A stretch of DNA of 64,000 bases from Amphiscolops sp. MND2022. Its lineage: Eukaryota. Shown one piece after another: positions 48,795 through 62,301 of this stretch. The position numbers and the translations under genes are program-made. Within the stretch, counting starts at the first letter, position 1. Every line of letters starts with the position of its first letter. The notes beneath the pieces were generated by a model. That model did not search any database and was not told the DNA's origin. It was given only the letters and a program-made list of their open reading frames with translations. The stretch spans positions 69,194,001-69,258,000 of the forward strand of contig OZ076409.1 of NCBI GenBank assembly GCA_964187785.1, written 5' to 3'.

Positions 48795-49139
48795 AATTTG
48801 TAACAAAATGGATATGATCTTCCAAATGCGCGTCTCTTGACAGAGATGGAACGACCAAGTCAAGATCAATCCATATATCACTTTCATTTTTGGTTTGAAA
48901 TATTTTTGTATTGAAATGCAACAACTATAACTGGTGAGCCCTAATTTTTGTTTAGTGCGCAATTTTGCCAACCAAACGGTACATGGCAAACAAACGGTAA
49001 ATTGAATGGCAAATTGATATTTGACTTGCAACTTTTTTAATCGGAGTGCAACAAGTTTGTATTTGAATAATGGTTTATATATGAAATGCAAAAGTTTGTA
49101 TTTCATTGCATCAATTTTATACTGCGCTGGGAACGACTG
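48470..49139. mobile_element. Tc1/mariner-type MITE (670 bp) with long imperfect TIRs; its left half is also present at 42112-42436
   Basis: TA-CAGTCGTTCCCGGCGCAATATGGAATTGATGCGATGAAAT ... ATTTCATTGCATCAATTTTATACTGCGCTGGGAACGACTG-TA; inverted similarity extends over more than 100 bp. Confidence 0.82.
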
Positions 49140-52100
49140 TATGTAGGCAGTGATAACAGAGAGCTGAAGATTAAATCTCGTCCCCGAGGTTGAAAATTAA
49201 AATTTACGTACTGAAAGTTATAAACGTTCGTATGAAAAAAAAAGAAATTAGCACGTTCGTTTTTGAAAGGCCTTTCAAAAACTATTCGTCTCCTTACCTC
49301 TGGTAAAGACAATTGTCTTTTAGTTTTCGTTGTTTCTTTCCTTTTAAAAATTTAAAAGCGATCAATTGGGTCAGCTCTGTTTCATACCTACAACAAGATT
49401 TCTCGAAACTGGTATTTTACCGGAAGTGTTTGCTATTCATCTCGTACTACAAGGGTTTCTTTCTCTGATCTGAATTTTTTTCAAGAACAAATTGACTAGT
49501 ACATGAAAAGCAAGAAAAAAATACATGGCAAACATTGGTTTTTCCTCTCAACCTAATTGCTGAAAACATCAAGGCTCAGAATTAGCGCCCAGGATTTTTA
49601 TCCAGTATTTCATCGCAATGCAGAATAATCAGTGCTAATACATAAAAGTCTAAAACGTTTCAAGCCAAGTATTTAGAGTTTATCTCCATACGAGATTTGT
49701 TGCATTTCTACGCACGACTGAAGTGTCATCTTAATGGCCGACTAGACAAAAATCAGCTTTTCGAGACACTACTTTCATTTAAAATATGCACAGAGTATTT
49801 TTAGACGCCAATAAGAGAAAGTAACAGAGATTATTGACGGTCTTCCATGGAAAACATTCAGCCATTTTTTCATTTTTTGCCTATTTTGAAACTCTTGTCT
49901 GATTGTAAAAACCATGGTGGAGTTTTTAGTCTAGACATCAGGAGATTTTGTTGATGATGTAAATTCAAAGAGTGTTCCAAGGTTTCTGTACCCCACCCGC
50001 AAAAAAATTGTGAGATTTTTAAATTAGCATAAATTAGGAGCTGATTATCAGCATGCATTTATGTGAAATCATCCAAATAGAGTAAATAGTTAGTTAGGAA
50101 TTGTTTAGGCGTAATTAAAGAAGACTTCACAAAGCAATGAATTTTTCAACGTGTAGGGAGATGGGGTATGAAAAAAAGCGAAGGTTTCATTCCATAGCAA
50201 ATGTTTTTTTTCAGAAGGAAGAACAATTCTTTGTTTTAGCAATCTGCTATCGACCAAATGTAAAAGATGCTCATTTAGTTTCTGTAGGAAACATTTTCAC
50301 CAATACAAATTGTTTTTGCGTTCGGATTACCACGTAGAAACTCATTACATGAAAATATACTAGCTTTGGAAACGGAAAGAGGAAATTACACCAAAATATT
50401 TAATTAGCATGAGGGAGCTGTTTTTGGAATGAGGAAGCGCGTGAATTAGATTTAGGTGACGTTCGATGGATTTAAAGCTACATTCAAGTAGCATGCAAAA
50501 TTTGACAGGAAGTTAGGCGAAATCCTCCGTATGGAGGAAATGCCAAGTTACATCGTGTGAGTCATCGACTTACGTCCTTTTCATTCAGACAAGTACTGCT
50601 ATTATTTGTACACGTTTATCTTTAATTTGTTTTTTAAATGATGGTACTGTACCACAGAAAATACAAGCTTTTAATTCATCCTTTTCCTGATTTTTCCGTT
50701 TTCCGCACAATATCCGAAGACAATCGACGCGCTATTGGCACACTACTGTAGAAGAGCAAGGTTAGGAAGTTAGCAATGCGAAAAGCAGCGATGAAATACT
50801 TTATTTCCTCTGCTTACAAAGGGTGAATGTAGTTGCTTGTAATTACGCACAAAGGGGGACGTACTCTTGTTTTTCCCGCTGTACTCAATGGGGGTAAATT
50901 GCGCCAATGTGAGAATAATGCAGCACGAACAATAAATTGAGTTAAATTGTTAAATGTGCGCGCGGGGCGGAGGTCAAGACTGAAAGCATTGAGACAGGAT
51001 ACGGAATTGGGGCAGAGAGGAAGCAAGAAGGGGTTGAGGTACCCGTAGAACTAGAAGCGGAGAAGGCGGCCGCTGAAGCGCGATTAAATGACAGCAAAGA
51101 CGCTATAGGCTACAAGTCTATTTGTGCAAGCTTTTGTGTTAGTTAACCAGAAGCAAAACATTTTTCATAAATCTCCCGTTGGTTGATCACGCGCAAATTG
51201 ATACATTTGCTCAAAAAGACTTTTTGCTCAGACATTTACTACTACTACTTTGCTACTTGTACTAGTACGCTAGTAATACGATTATTTCCGTTGCCCGACG
51301 ATTTGGCGGTAAAATACCGAGGTAATTCACGCTAACATGCTCGACTCGAGGAGGTTTTTCCAGTAGCGGTGGTGGCGGCGACTATTTCAATTTTAATCCT
51401 TTTCCCGCGCCGCCTTACTGCTTTTCCCACCGTTTACCAATCCTTCCTCTCGAGTAGCTGCTTCTTTGTTCACGCTTTTATCGGCCATTTTCTGCTCCTA
51501 TTTTCTCGTCTTCTTTTTCTCTTTCTGCACGCTCTATCTTTCAGCGCCGGTCATACATCTTATATATTATATTCTACATATTTTTCACTTACTTAGTCAA
51601 AACGCTCCTTCACATTTGGCTTTCACGTCCATTTTTCTGTTTATTTTTCATTCCGGAGCCGTCGAATATTCATTTAGTGAGAGCGCAGCTGCAAAATGAG
51701 GGCGGGATTATCCATAAATCTGTAGGAAAAATATCTGTAATGGCGCTTTTGTTACCACCGCTTTTCCTCAAAGGCGTTTCCCAAAATCTTAAACTTTGAC
51801 GCCGCCAATGCAGTAAAAAAAGCAGCACAGTTAATTCTGTTTCCTGCTTCTTTTCTTCCAGCTAACAAGCCAAACAAAACAGTTTGGCTTGAATTCCAGC
51901 ACCACGCGTGCCTCTGACGTGAACATGTTTCTTTTCACCTGAATAATCACTGCTCAAATTTTGAACAAGTCCCGCTGTTTAGATGAAAGCAAACTGTATT
52001 TAATTCACACCAGCACCGCCAACCGTGTTACACCTTTTATCTCACTTACCTTCAGACAAAAAATCACAAAATTGGCTTCTCTAAAAAGGTGCAGCGAAGT

Positions 52101-52799
52101 ACGTACATCTTTTTTATTGCCTTTTTTTATTCCATTTCATTTTTCAGCAGATCGTTTGTTCACCGCGGAACTAGCACTATAAATATACATAGCTTCTCAT
52201 TTTCTCCAGTTAATTCTTTTTCTTTCCATTCTAACGAAATTAACCAATCATTGACAAGACAATGATGAAAAATTCAAATTTTTTCCACGACAAGTTTTGC
52301 GCAAACGGACAGGCATTTTTCATTCAAATGTTGTATACGCTGTAGTATCTAGCTTAGCTCATCAATGGCATGTCTTAATTGCTAGTACCCCCAGCGTAAT
52401 TCCGTGCAGCTTAGACCATTTGTCTCTACATTGCAAACACTTTTTGTCACTTCCTGTATGCATTGGTACTTTTTTTATTTACTTTACCTTTTTGACATTT
52501 TTCAACAACGGTGAGTGAAATTTTAAATATTAAAATATCTTCCAAACAAATGTATACATATTCAAGAACACCCGATTCCGACGAGAGCGGGATAAAACGG
52601 ACGGTTTTGAAACGAGACAGAATAGTCGGTTTTCAAAACTTGTCAAAATAGCCGACTTTCAACAAATAGGATGTTTTATCAAGTGTTAAAAATTAGCTAT
52701 TTTGTCCATTTTTAAAATCAGCTAGATTGTCTTATCCTGTAATTCAGTAGTTTTATCCCCTTTGAAGTTGGCTGTAAAATCCCTCATCCAATTCTCACA

Positions 52800-53101
52800 C
52801 TTAAAGCGGGGGGCCCTTTGGAGCAATAAAAAAATTCGGAAAAAAAAGAAATCTGAACAGTCTCACAGTGCCGAAAAAAGGGGGAAAGTCTCATAGTGTC
52901 GAAAAAAGTGGAAAAGGGGACGCTTCTGCTTTGGAATGGCTTTTTATCTCATGTTAGAGGCTTTGGATGCGTTGAAAATGAAGTACTAAGTACATATGTT
53001 GAAAGTGCATAATGCACAAATAGTGGACCGATCGCGTTGAACTGACGAAAAAACTAGCCACTATAAGAGTCGGGTTTTTCTTCGAAAACGCCGACTAAAA
53101 A
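52800..53101 (-). mobile_element. Partial Helentron/HINE-like repeat, copy 5
   Basis: Ends CACTATAAGAGTCGGGTTTTTCTTCGAAAACGCCGACTAAAA; internal CGCGTTGAACTGACGAAAAAACTAGCCACT is the reverse complement of sequence in copy 4. Confidence 0.5.
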
Positions 53102-54794
53102 GGCTTTGTTAGATTTAATGTTGACACAATCTTACTAATCTTACAAATTCGTTCTATCGCTATAATCTTGGTTCGGAATTTTTTTCAAGATCAACAAGAA
53201 ATTTACCAAGAGGTCCAAGAGCTTTTACATAGAATATCATTAAGGACTTTGCGTTTCATTCAAACAATAATGTTACATGATGTTTGGAGTTTCTCGATGC
53301 AATTTTTGGCGCCAGCTCTGAACGTAGGAGTTTTGACCCTGATTGCTAAAGCTGCAAGTGTAACAACTAACAAACGTCTTTGTATTCAGGTATGCCGCCT
53401 TTTATTGCAAAATATAATTAGAATTTTGTTAACTGTGAAACAAGTTCAAGAAAATACAGCCTTAAGGAGTATAAATATTACGATACAGCAAATACCAAAA
53501 GTTTGAGTCAAGTTAGGTTCTAAGCGACAAATTTATTAGGCATGTCAGCCGCGGAATTTCGCAAGTAACGTTTACGTTTGAAGAGACCTTCTTAGACATA
53601 AAACAGTGGTGGCGGCAGCAGCAGTTTCGGAATTGAATGCTAGTTTCAGACTTGAGGTTTCAGAGTTTCTCAGTCAGGACACAGCTCTTGTTTATTATCA
53701 TACCCGCGCGGAACCGTTCTTGGACTAGGAGCTTCTCGCAAACAGGGTTGATTGTTGTAAGGTGATAAAGTTAGTGTTCTTTAATCTTGAAGCAACCGCG
53801 CCGATTCCTTTCAAGTCGAGCGGTCTTCAGGAACACACATGCAAAACTTATCTTGTGTTTATCTGAGAAACGCTCAAATAATTGTCGGACCATTGCTAGC
53901 CAATCGCAGAGATAGCGGCTTTGTATTTCATCCTTCCCACTAGCCAGTCGATTCAAATGAATTATTTATCACTATCGCTGTAGCTCAACAGAAAGAAACA
54001 GGGAAAAGTTAACTATGAACAAACAGTTTGTTCAAATGCTAATCACTTTCGTTATTATCGCATTTCATTGTTTTCCGTAATATTTCATTCACGCCTTTTA
54101 TTTCTCCCTGAAGAACTTGTTTGAGGCAAACTGGAATTTTCCTCGAATGCCAATTTTCTTCTCCAAAATACCACAACAAGGTTGAATGGTGCTGAAATTT
54201 AGCATTACTTGTACTTAAATTTGTACAACGGTTTCATGACAGAAGTTAATACATAAATTGGGTCAAATTTAAGTCAAAATTTGTTTCCCAGGTGATTTTG
54301 TCGGATCTGAGAATGTTGCAGTCTCACAGAGTGAACAGAATCTCACATACCCTAGAATTTATCATGGTAAACTGCTGCAGCAAAAAGAATGGTAAAGTCT
54401 AAATTGGATCATTGGTTGAATGTTGCCAACATTGGAGCTCGCAAATTGTTTTTATGACTGAATTTGATTACTGGCGAAGAAAGAAAACCGCAGTTCTACA
54501 ATTGAAAACCGTGGCGGCCCTTTTCAAGCACCATCGTGACTTTATTCAATAGCCTGCAAATTATAGTGCCAAAATTTTATTGCCCGCGAGTTTCAACCGT
54601 TTCGTTTTATGGTCATTTTATGCGCATTAACTCAAGTGACCGTTCTATTGTTGTTTGATAGCAAGCATTCAATTGAACATTCGATTATAACCCCTGCAAT
54701 AAAACCGACACAAGTGAATAACCCTCAGTAGCAGCCCCAAATAGTACCACTGAAGAGTATACCGAATACTGAAGTAGTTCTGTCTGAAGACAAG

Positions 54795-54923
54795 ATGACC
54801 AACTTTGTACCCCATTTACATCCCTTCCCCACCAACTTCGGTGTCGTGCTCAAGAAAAGTCCCCCCTCTGCTCCCCCCGGTCTCTTTTCAACACTGCGCA
54901 GACGCGCAACTGGGCCAGACAAG
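54795..54923 (+). CDS. KIF26: KIF26/vab-8-like kinesin-11, first recognisable exon (may extend 5' to an acceptor at ~54728-54734)
   Basis: MTNFVPHLHPFPTNFGVVLKKSPPSAPPGLF...DK matches the KIF26 pre-motor motif (PTNFSGILQTSPPPAPP); donor GTAAGT at 54924, phase 0. Confidence 0.78.
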
Positions 54924-55434
54924 GTAAGTGGCTTCATCAAACTGATGTAATAAGTTATGACCCAGAAAATGCTTACTTCTGTATTTATAAAGAAAAGGTA
55001 TTCGGTGTATATTTTGATGAGCTTAAGCTCAATAGTAGCTTAAGCTTCTAATTAGTAGGTGTAATTGTTTCACAACGTAAAATTACTGAAACTGATTTTA
55101 CGTAAATTCAGTAATTTTCAGTAATTCCAAAAATTCCCCGGAATTCAAAAAAAACAATACTGCATATATGCAGTTTTGGTTTTCTTTTTGAATTCCGGGG
55201 ATATTTTGGAATTTTTTGACATCGATCAGTAAAAAATGAAAATTTCTGCTAGTATTGACAATCACGAGGCTTGATAGATCGAAAATCATATTTGTTGATC
55301 GTAATCTTCAATGGCTGAGATATATTTCAAATTTGATTCTGTTTAATTTTCGACATTCATAGATGAGAAGGTTCGACTGTTATAACTATACTATAGTAAA
55401 AAACACTAGCAATATTTTCTTTTTTTTTACATAG

Positions 55435-55620
55435 GTTCGAGTAGCAATCAGACTGTTGCCCAAAGACTCTGACCAGCAACCAGAAAATGGGTCTCGAGTT
55501 AGCGACGAGAAAGTTTCTATCTGTATTAATGACAGGAGGAAACAGCTCACTCTCCAAACTGCTCAAATCGCCCCCAAAATATTCAACTTCGATTACATAT
55601 TCAACGACGAGGCTGCTCAA
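55435..55620 (+). CDS. KIF26: KIF26-like kinesin exon (motor start)
   Basis: Polypyrimidine tract and TAG acceptor; VRVAIRLLP...RRKQLTL...APKIFNFDYIFNDEAAQ; donor GTAAGT; 62 codons. Confidence 0.88.
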
Positions 55621-55751
55621 GTAAGTTTACCCTGCATTTTCTATTTTCTTCTAAAACTGTAAGGTTGTTAATTAAAAACCTAAAATCTCGCAAATTTGCG
55701 ATTAATCCATCCTCAAAAATCATAAATCAAGCTCTACGAAAAAATGAAAAG

Positions 55752-56030
55752 ACCAAGACGAGAACGTCTCAAGTCGGCACCCCGCTTAAAGCTCAAAAAG
55801 CGCAGTTTTAAATTTACTTCGGATATAACTCAAAAGTTCAGATGTAGCGTGCTGGGACAAATGGGAGCGTTTTTCGAACGTCCTTCTGAGTAAAATGCGG
55901 CCACAGCGGCCGAAGGAGTGTGGCGGGCGAAAATGGTAAAAGTGGACCATTCGGTGTGAGATTGTCATCTGACAAAAAAACTCGCCACTATAATAGTTGG
56001 GCACATTTTCTAAAATGCGCCGACTAAAAA
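55752..56030 (-). mobile_element. Short Helentron/HINE-like repeat, copy 6 (intronic)
   Basis: ACCAAGACGAGAACGTCTCAAGTCGGCAC ... CACTATAATAGTTGGGCACATTTTCTAAAATGCGCCGACTAAAAA. Confidence 0.55.
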
Positions 56031-56449
56031 TACTTATTATTACTAGGTTGACAAAAACCTTATAAAATGGAAAAATTTAATTAAAAATTTTTCAACAATT
56101 ATATCATGCTAGTAGACGTCTTTTATAGTAGTTACCAACTAGGTTAAAATTTCAAAGCACCAGGATTATAGATGTTTTCAAGAAATTGCCAATTAGGTCG
56201 CCAATAGGTGGAGCGAAAAAAGAACAAAGGTAAAGTTTCTTTACGGTTGCGCAATTTACCATAAACCATGGAAGGCTGTTCCGCTATTGCTTTACACTTA
56301 ACCGACAATTAGGTCGCAATTCGAGTTCCAACGGTGAAAATATTGTGAAATAGTTTTTGATCATAAAACTTCAGAGACGAAAAATTTCACAAAATATTGC
56401 GGAATGGATTTATAATCATGATTTACTGCAGTAAATCAACTTTTTGAAT

Positions 56450-56578
56450 GATACCTGCGAACTTTGTTGATGTAATACAGTTAAAGCTGAATAAGTTTTC
56501 GTTCCGTTTCGATTTTACAAGGACAAGTTAGAAAGTTTCCGCTTTAACTGTATTACATCAACAAAGTTCGCAGGTATC
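56450..56578. repeat. Perfect 38-bp inverted repeat with a 53-nt spacer (intronic hairpin or mini-MITE)
   Basis: GATACCTGCGAACTTTGTTGATGTAATACAGTTAAAGC (56450-56487) and its exact reverse complement (56541-56578). Confidence 0.9.
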
Positions 56579-58468
56579 CTTGCTATAGCCTGACAGGAAA
56601 AAATGAAATTCAGAGTTTGAGAAAAAGTTCCATTCATTACTGATACATATTATATAATACTCATATGAATATAGGCTAGCCCTCAAAGCTTTCAATTAAT
56701 TGGGCTTGTATTAATTGCTATGAAATGAAAACCACGAGGCTTAAGCAATTGAAAACAGCAATTGAAACAGCATTTCATGTTAAAATGACTATGATAGAAA
56801 ATCAAATTACTAAAACTTTCCAAGATTTAATGCCACGTGAACAAATTTTTGATGTGAACGAACGTAAGAAGTTGAGGATAGTGAATTCGCAACATCAATA
56901 CCGAAGCGGTGCTCTAATGTTGTATGCCGACACATCAAAGAATGTCACAGCTTCTTGATGTTTATTGAAAATTCAGCAAAGTATTAAAAACCATCTCTTG
57001 AAATGTTTGAGATGGAAAATAAATTAGATTTGAGAAGGCAAGAATAAATGATCAAAAATGTCAGCTGTTTTATCTCGAGTTGCAGCGAGTGTTACAATGC
57101 TCTAGCCTTTGGAGCAAAATAAAAGGTTCAAAGATGAAAATGAATGAACGAATGTAATTTGCTCGACCTTAGAATCTCAAAGCCTTGGTGTTTTTTGAAC
57201 ACCGCATTTATTTTGAAATCCCTCAAAAAAGCCAAGATTATTCAATAAATATAATCTTCAACGGTATGAAAATCTGTTTATTTCCAAGTTTGGATTGAAA
57301 TTTCTTTCAACATTGAGAGAACAAAACGGATACAACAAAAGCAAGTGAACTAAGTATGTCCGAATTTCGGTCATCTAAAAACAAAATTTTCTTCTCTATA
57401 TATATTTTGCTGAACAGGAAATTTGAAAGGAAAGCTTTTGTAGCTGTCGATTTAAACTTGTAGCTGAAAAAATCAATTAAGGAATTATTAACGAAATGTT
57501 CAGAATTGTTGGACTGACGGGACATCATTTTATGAAGTCGCACAGTCTCTTCTTTTTCTGTCAAGAAAAAAACAATGAATGGGCAATGCAAATTGAACAA
57601 TTTACTCCTACCGCAGAGCTTAGCTAATTAGTACTCCATTATTAACAAAGGCATTGTTGCGCAAAACGCCTGTAGAAACTTTTTCTTTCGTTTTGTAGGG
57701 CAATTTTTTTAAAAAAATGGACGCTTTGTTTCGCAAAGGATCCCGTGGATACTTTTCTCTGCTTCACAGCGGGGTTTGAACCGTCCGTTCTCTGTTTTTT
57801 TCTGCTGGTAAGGACGGAGAAAAAAATTGATATAACAGAACGATTGAAGCGCGACTTTTTATTGCATTTTTGAACAAAATAATCAAATAACAAGATCTTA
57901 TCGATGAAAGACGACGACAGTAGCTGTAAGCTCAAGGTCTTTTATGAGATCACCTTAATCTTATCTTGAAGTTTCGTCAGTAGTGATCAAATCTTGTTAA
58001 TTTCGGTTATTTCAAGGTAGAGAATTCAATTTACAAACAAATTTGATAGGATCTCGGTCTACAAGTCAAGATCTTTACTAATTGATAAGCTTTGATGAGC
58101 ATTCTTAAGATCATGCGTACTGAAACGAGCTCAACTTCCACTTCACTTACTTTAATTACAGAATGACCCCAAGATAGGAGTCGCTAGGGATTCTGTGCAT
58201 GTTTGTATATATTACGCCTAAAGGCATTCAAAACATTTCGGTCAGCTAAACAGCTAATTTCCGGTTTCCACATCTTGTTTTGCGTCTAAGGGATGAAAAA
58301 ATGCTCTCATTAGTAAAGCATGGATGTGTCACTAGAGATAAATGTCAGTGAAAACTGCAGTACGTGGGACCTTGAATACATTAATGCACATTAATGGTGA
58401 ATTCATTAAAAAATGTGACTAGTCTGGTTCATGAATGTGTCATTCTTCATGCTGGCTGCTTCTTTCAG

Positions 58469-58562
58469 GCGGAGGTGTGCGCCAGCGTGTTGCCCAGTGT
58501 GTTGCAGACAGTTGTGGCAGGAAGCGATGGATGCATTTTGTGCTATGGTCAACCCAAGACAG
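58469..58562 (+). CDS. KIF26: KIF26-like kinesin exon (first half of P-loop)
   Basis: TTTCAG acceptor; AEVCASVLPSVLQTVVAGSDGCILCYGQPKT-G; GT donor at 58563, phase 1. Confidence 0.9.
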
Positions 58563-61091
58563 GTTCGTACCAGCCAGCACAACCATCAACCCCACCTCCT
58601 CACTTGCTATCTTCAATGAACCCTACACCCTCTCCCCTTGAACAGTCCCATACCAATTATCTTTTTTTTCTTGGTCAAAGATGGTATCTTGGTCGCATTT
58701 TCTTTTAATGGAGCGAACCCTTCCTTCATTTCAACGTAGCCTATTGCTCTGCAAATCTTCTTGTTCAGCATAAACCCCCTCCCTCTTAAAAACTCATTTT
58801 GAGACCCCTTTTGGCCTATATTTGGTAGACACTGTCGGTGTCCCCGGCTAGCAACAGTGGCAGTGGTCTTGGCGTTGCCTTAATATGTCTTGTAAAATGC
58901 AATTTAAATTTTTCTTTGCACTCAATTTTGAACCACACTTTACTTCCTGTGGCCCGAGACTATGATAAAGATATGTGTAACTAACTCAATCTCAGACTAT
59001 ACATATCTTTTCCACCCTAGGGGGTTTATTTGGCTTATTCCATTATCTCAATTTCCCTTCCCTTCAAGTCTCATGTCTTGCTGGGACTACGCAACCTCAA
59101 CAACTTGAGACCACAGCGCCTGCTTTCAAATCTACCCATGGAGTCCCATGTGAAATCTCAGCCACAACTTTGATAATTCCATCAAATAGATTCCCGCTTA
59201 AGACGTTCAAATTCACTCTGTTGATTTTTATCACATCAGTCTTAGCCAATTATGAAGCATTTTCCACCATCGATTGCACTATTTAAACCAATTTTCAACA
59301 AAAAAGCCTTTATTTTGTACTTGCATGGCCTAATCCATAAGCTGATCAAATTTGCGAATTTTCCAAATTATTTTTTGCAAACAAAATGGCGTTTCAAATA
59401 CCTTTTGTCTTCATTAAAATCAGGCACAAAGTGGACATGTTTTGAACTGAAAATTTTGTCGCTACTTAAGTTCGCTACGATATCCTATGGCTTCAGTTTG
59501 TAGAACTTTCTCCATGTCAGAAATTTTTTCTGAAAAATGAAATTCATCACTTTTTGAATAAATTTTTGAAACATTAACATGATGTTAAGCATGGAAGTTC
59601 TCAATACCTGAATTGTATTTTTGCAGCTTAGCAGACGTGCAAAAGATGCTAGCAATTAATTGAGCATTCGTGAAAAGTTAGTCAACAAATGGCAGTTTGT
59701 TCAACGACTGCAGTCAATTTTTCACGCTGATTTGCTCCAGTCAGTAATTAGTTCAGCAGGGAGGAAATGGGATTATAGAACTTCTCAAATTGCTTTCAAA
59801 TAAACAAGTAATATAAAAGGAAGGAAATTGGTAACACACACTGAATAGAAAAACGCTTTTTGCGAAAGTCGCTCATTGCCAATTTCCGACAAAATGGAGA
59901 AGGATGCTGATTTCATTGACTATCAACTAATGCCATGCACCGGGAACCAATTGACATTCAGTCAATTATGCAAATGAGGGAAAAGGTTTTCACGCTGTCA
60001 AAAAGTGGACATCCATCGTCTAGAAACTGGAACGAACGAAAGGTCAAGAATGGGAAACTGCGGTATAGAAACTTTCTGAGAGGAAGAATCTTTGAAATTT
60101 TCTACGCATGTTACAACCGACTTGGCTTTAATCAATTTTTTGATTGACTTTTTAATTTTGAAAAAAAAAACTCCTTGTCAGTTTTAGTTCTTATTAAATT
60201 ACATACCTCATCGTAATCCAAGGTGTCAGGGAAAGTACCAGGAGATAAAACATTCCAGACATTTTTATTCAGAATGTTTTAAATCAGTCACCTCAGTTTT
60301 GTCTAGTTAATATTGACTTGAAGGAGACAGCCAGATAGACAGAGCTATCTTCGGAGAAGAAAGAGTCTCACTTCTTTAATTGTGAAGGACCCAAAAATGC
60401 AAACTCTAGAAGAAATAAAACTCTAGAAGTGTGATTTTAGTATTGCGCCCTAAAAGCCTATTTTTTGTAATAAAAAACTGACATTTGAAACTCAGTTTTG
60501 ATGTAGTACATTGGAAAAGAAATGACCCTCTTGTATCATGTGCACGATGGAGACTTTGAAATTAGGCCAAACGAACGAACCGAAATTGATCATAGGCGTA
60601 CATTTTTTGGAAAAAAGCGCAAACACAAGGACAAAAATAATCTTTTTCGGCAATTGGTGAAGCTGTTGACTACGTTATCATAACTCATTTGTTGTCTTGC
60701 AGGATTTGCATTGTCTTGCAAGATTCTTTCAAAACTGGCATCAGCTTGCAAGAAGCTTGCAAGAATGCCATGTTTTGTAAGAAACTTGCAAGATAAGTGC
60801 AAGATTTCATTTTTTTTCAAAACTAGGGTTACCTAATAATGAATAAAATACTTCACAGTTAGCTTTGTTTGATTGTCCAATTTTGTTAGTTTCAGTCATC
60901 AATAATCAAGTCTGGTATTTTGTCCATACGGTACTTTGTCCTTATGGCATTTTAACTTGTAGTATTTTGTTCTCTGGTATTTCGTCCTCTGACAATTTGT
61001 CGAGAAACCATAATCCAAATACCCATGGTTTTGCACAATCAGCGTAACATTGTGCAAATTTTAATGCCAATAGATTTTTTCAATGCTTCAG

Positions 61092-61526
61092 GGAAAACCT
61101 ACACCATGATAGGCCAAGATGAGTCATTGCAAACTATTGGCGTTGTGCCAGCGGCTCTTTCATGGTTGTACCGACTAATCGCAGACAATAAGAGCAAGTA
61201 TGGTACCCGCTACTCAATCAGAGCCTCGGCCTACGCTATCACAGCTCTGGGTCCTTCTTCCCAGGGGGCAACCAATGACTCTCGTCTGGCTCCCAACATG
61301 TCACCCAACGAACCCCTCTTCGACACCCAGACAGTTTTTGACCTCCTGGAGGAATTAGAAGGAAAGTCTGCAAGTGGGGCTGTGGACTCCTCTAAAAACC
61401 TGGGAAGCAACAGGAACAGCCCAAACTTGGGATTTCAGCACGTGGCTGAGTTGAAAGCTCCTTGCGTGACACGTGCAGCTTTTCTATTGGACGCGGCCAT
61501 ATCGAGGCTCACCGAGCTTTATTCTG
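61092..61526 (+). CDS. KIF26: KIF26-like kinesin exon
   Basis: TTCAG acceptor completes GKTYTMIG; GVVPAALSWLYRLI; YSIRASA; AELKAPCVTRAAFLLDAAI; GT donor at 61527, phase 1. Confidence 0.88.
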
Positions 61527-61980
61527 GTTAGAATTACGTCTGATCTTCTAGTCAGTGTTTCACAAGAATCAATACTAGGTTCCATATTCTAGTAACGATC
61601 AAAAAATGACATCATATTCATTTGCACGTTGTCAGAAATTCTTAGATTCCCCAAGCTTACCGAAGAAGGTTCAACTGAAGTTAGTTTTTCCTAATCAAAA
61701 GATACAATAGCTCACGAGTTTGTGGAAAACATGAAAATTTCGTTTTACGAAATTTGTAATTCATCAGAGTAGAAGCTTTGGAATTTGGTTTTCTTTCGTT
61801 TGTGGTAATATCAAACCGGAAATGAATGTTTTCACGCTTTTGAGAACATCACAGGCTTTAAGTGACAGTTTTTCATGCTTTTAAACCATTTTGTTGAAAG
61901 AAAATCAGCAAGGTCACTGTCAGCATTCAAATTTTTGATATGAAATTTCTGAAGGTTTCATTAGCGGAATTTTGTTTCAG

Positions 61981-62067
61981 AACACAAGATATCAGAGTCG
62001 ACCCTTCACTTCGTGTTTTCTCTCAGCATCTACCAACGAAGAGCAAGCCACGAATCGAATCGAGGAG
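61981..62067 (+). CDS. KIF26: KIF26-like kinesin exon (degenerate switch I); absent from the ORF track
   Basis: TTTGTTTCAG acceptor; EHKISESTLHFVFSLSIYQRRASHESNRG matches KIF26 NSHVFFTLHIYQYR; 87 nt, phase 1-1; GT at 62068. Confidence 0.8.
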
Positions 62068-62301
62068 GTACTTAAATCTACTGTTTTCCTTCAGCTTATA
62101 AGCTGAATATCCTATAGGGATGAAATGAATCCTTATACATAGTAACTTTTATCAGAAAACTGCTATAATATTCTCGGAAAAACCTCAGTCCTAGTGAGAA
62201 GTTTTCCACAAAAAGATGCATCGTCAATATTTGATATTTCATTTCCTCTTTTTGTTTTTCTAAAACAATGGCAGTCGTTTAATCATTCGTTTTTTGTTCA
62301 G

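Noticed and set aside
50800..52200. Promoter or first exon of the kinesin gene (CpG-richer tract)
   Set aside because: The composition is suggestive, but no definable TSS or coding exon can be supported from sequence alone.
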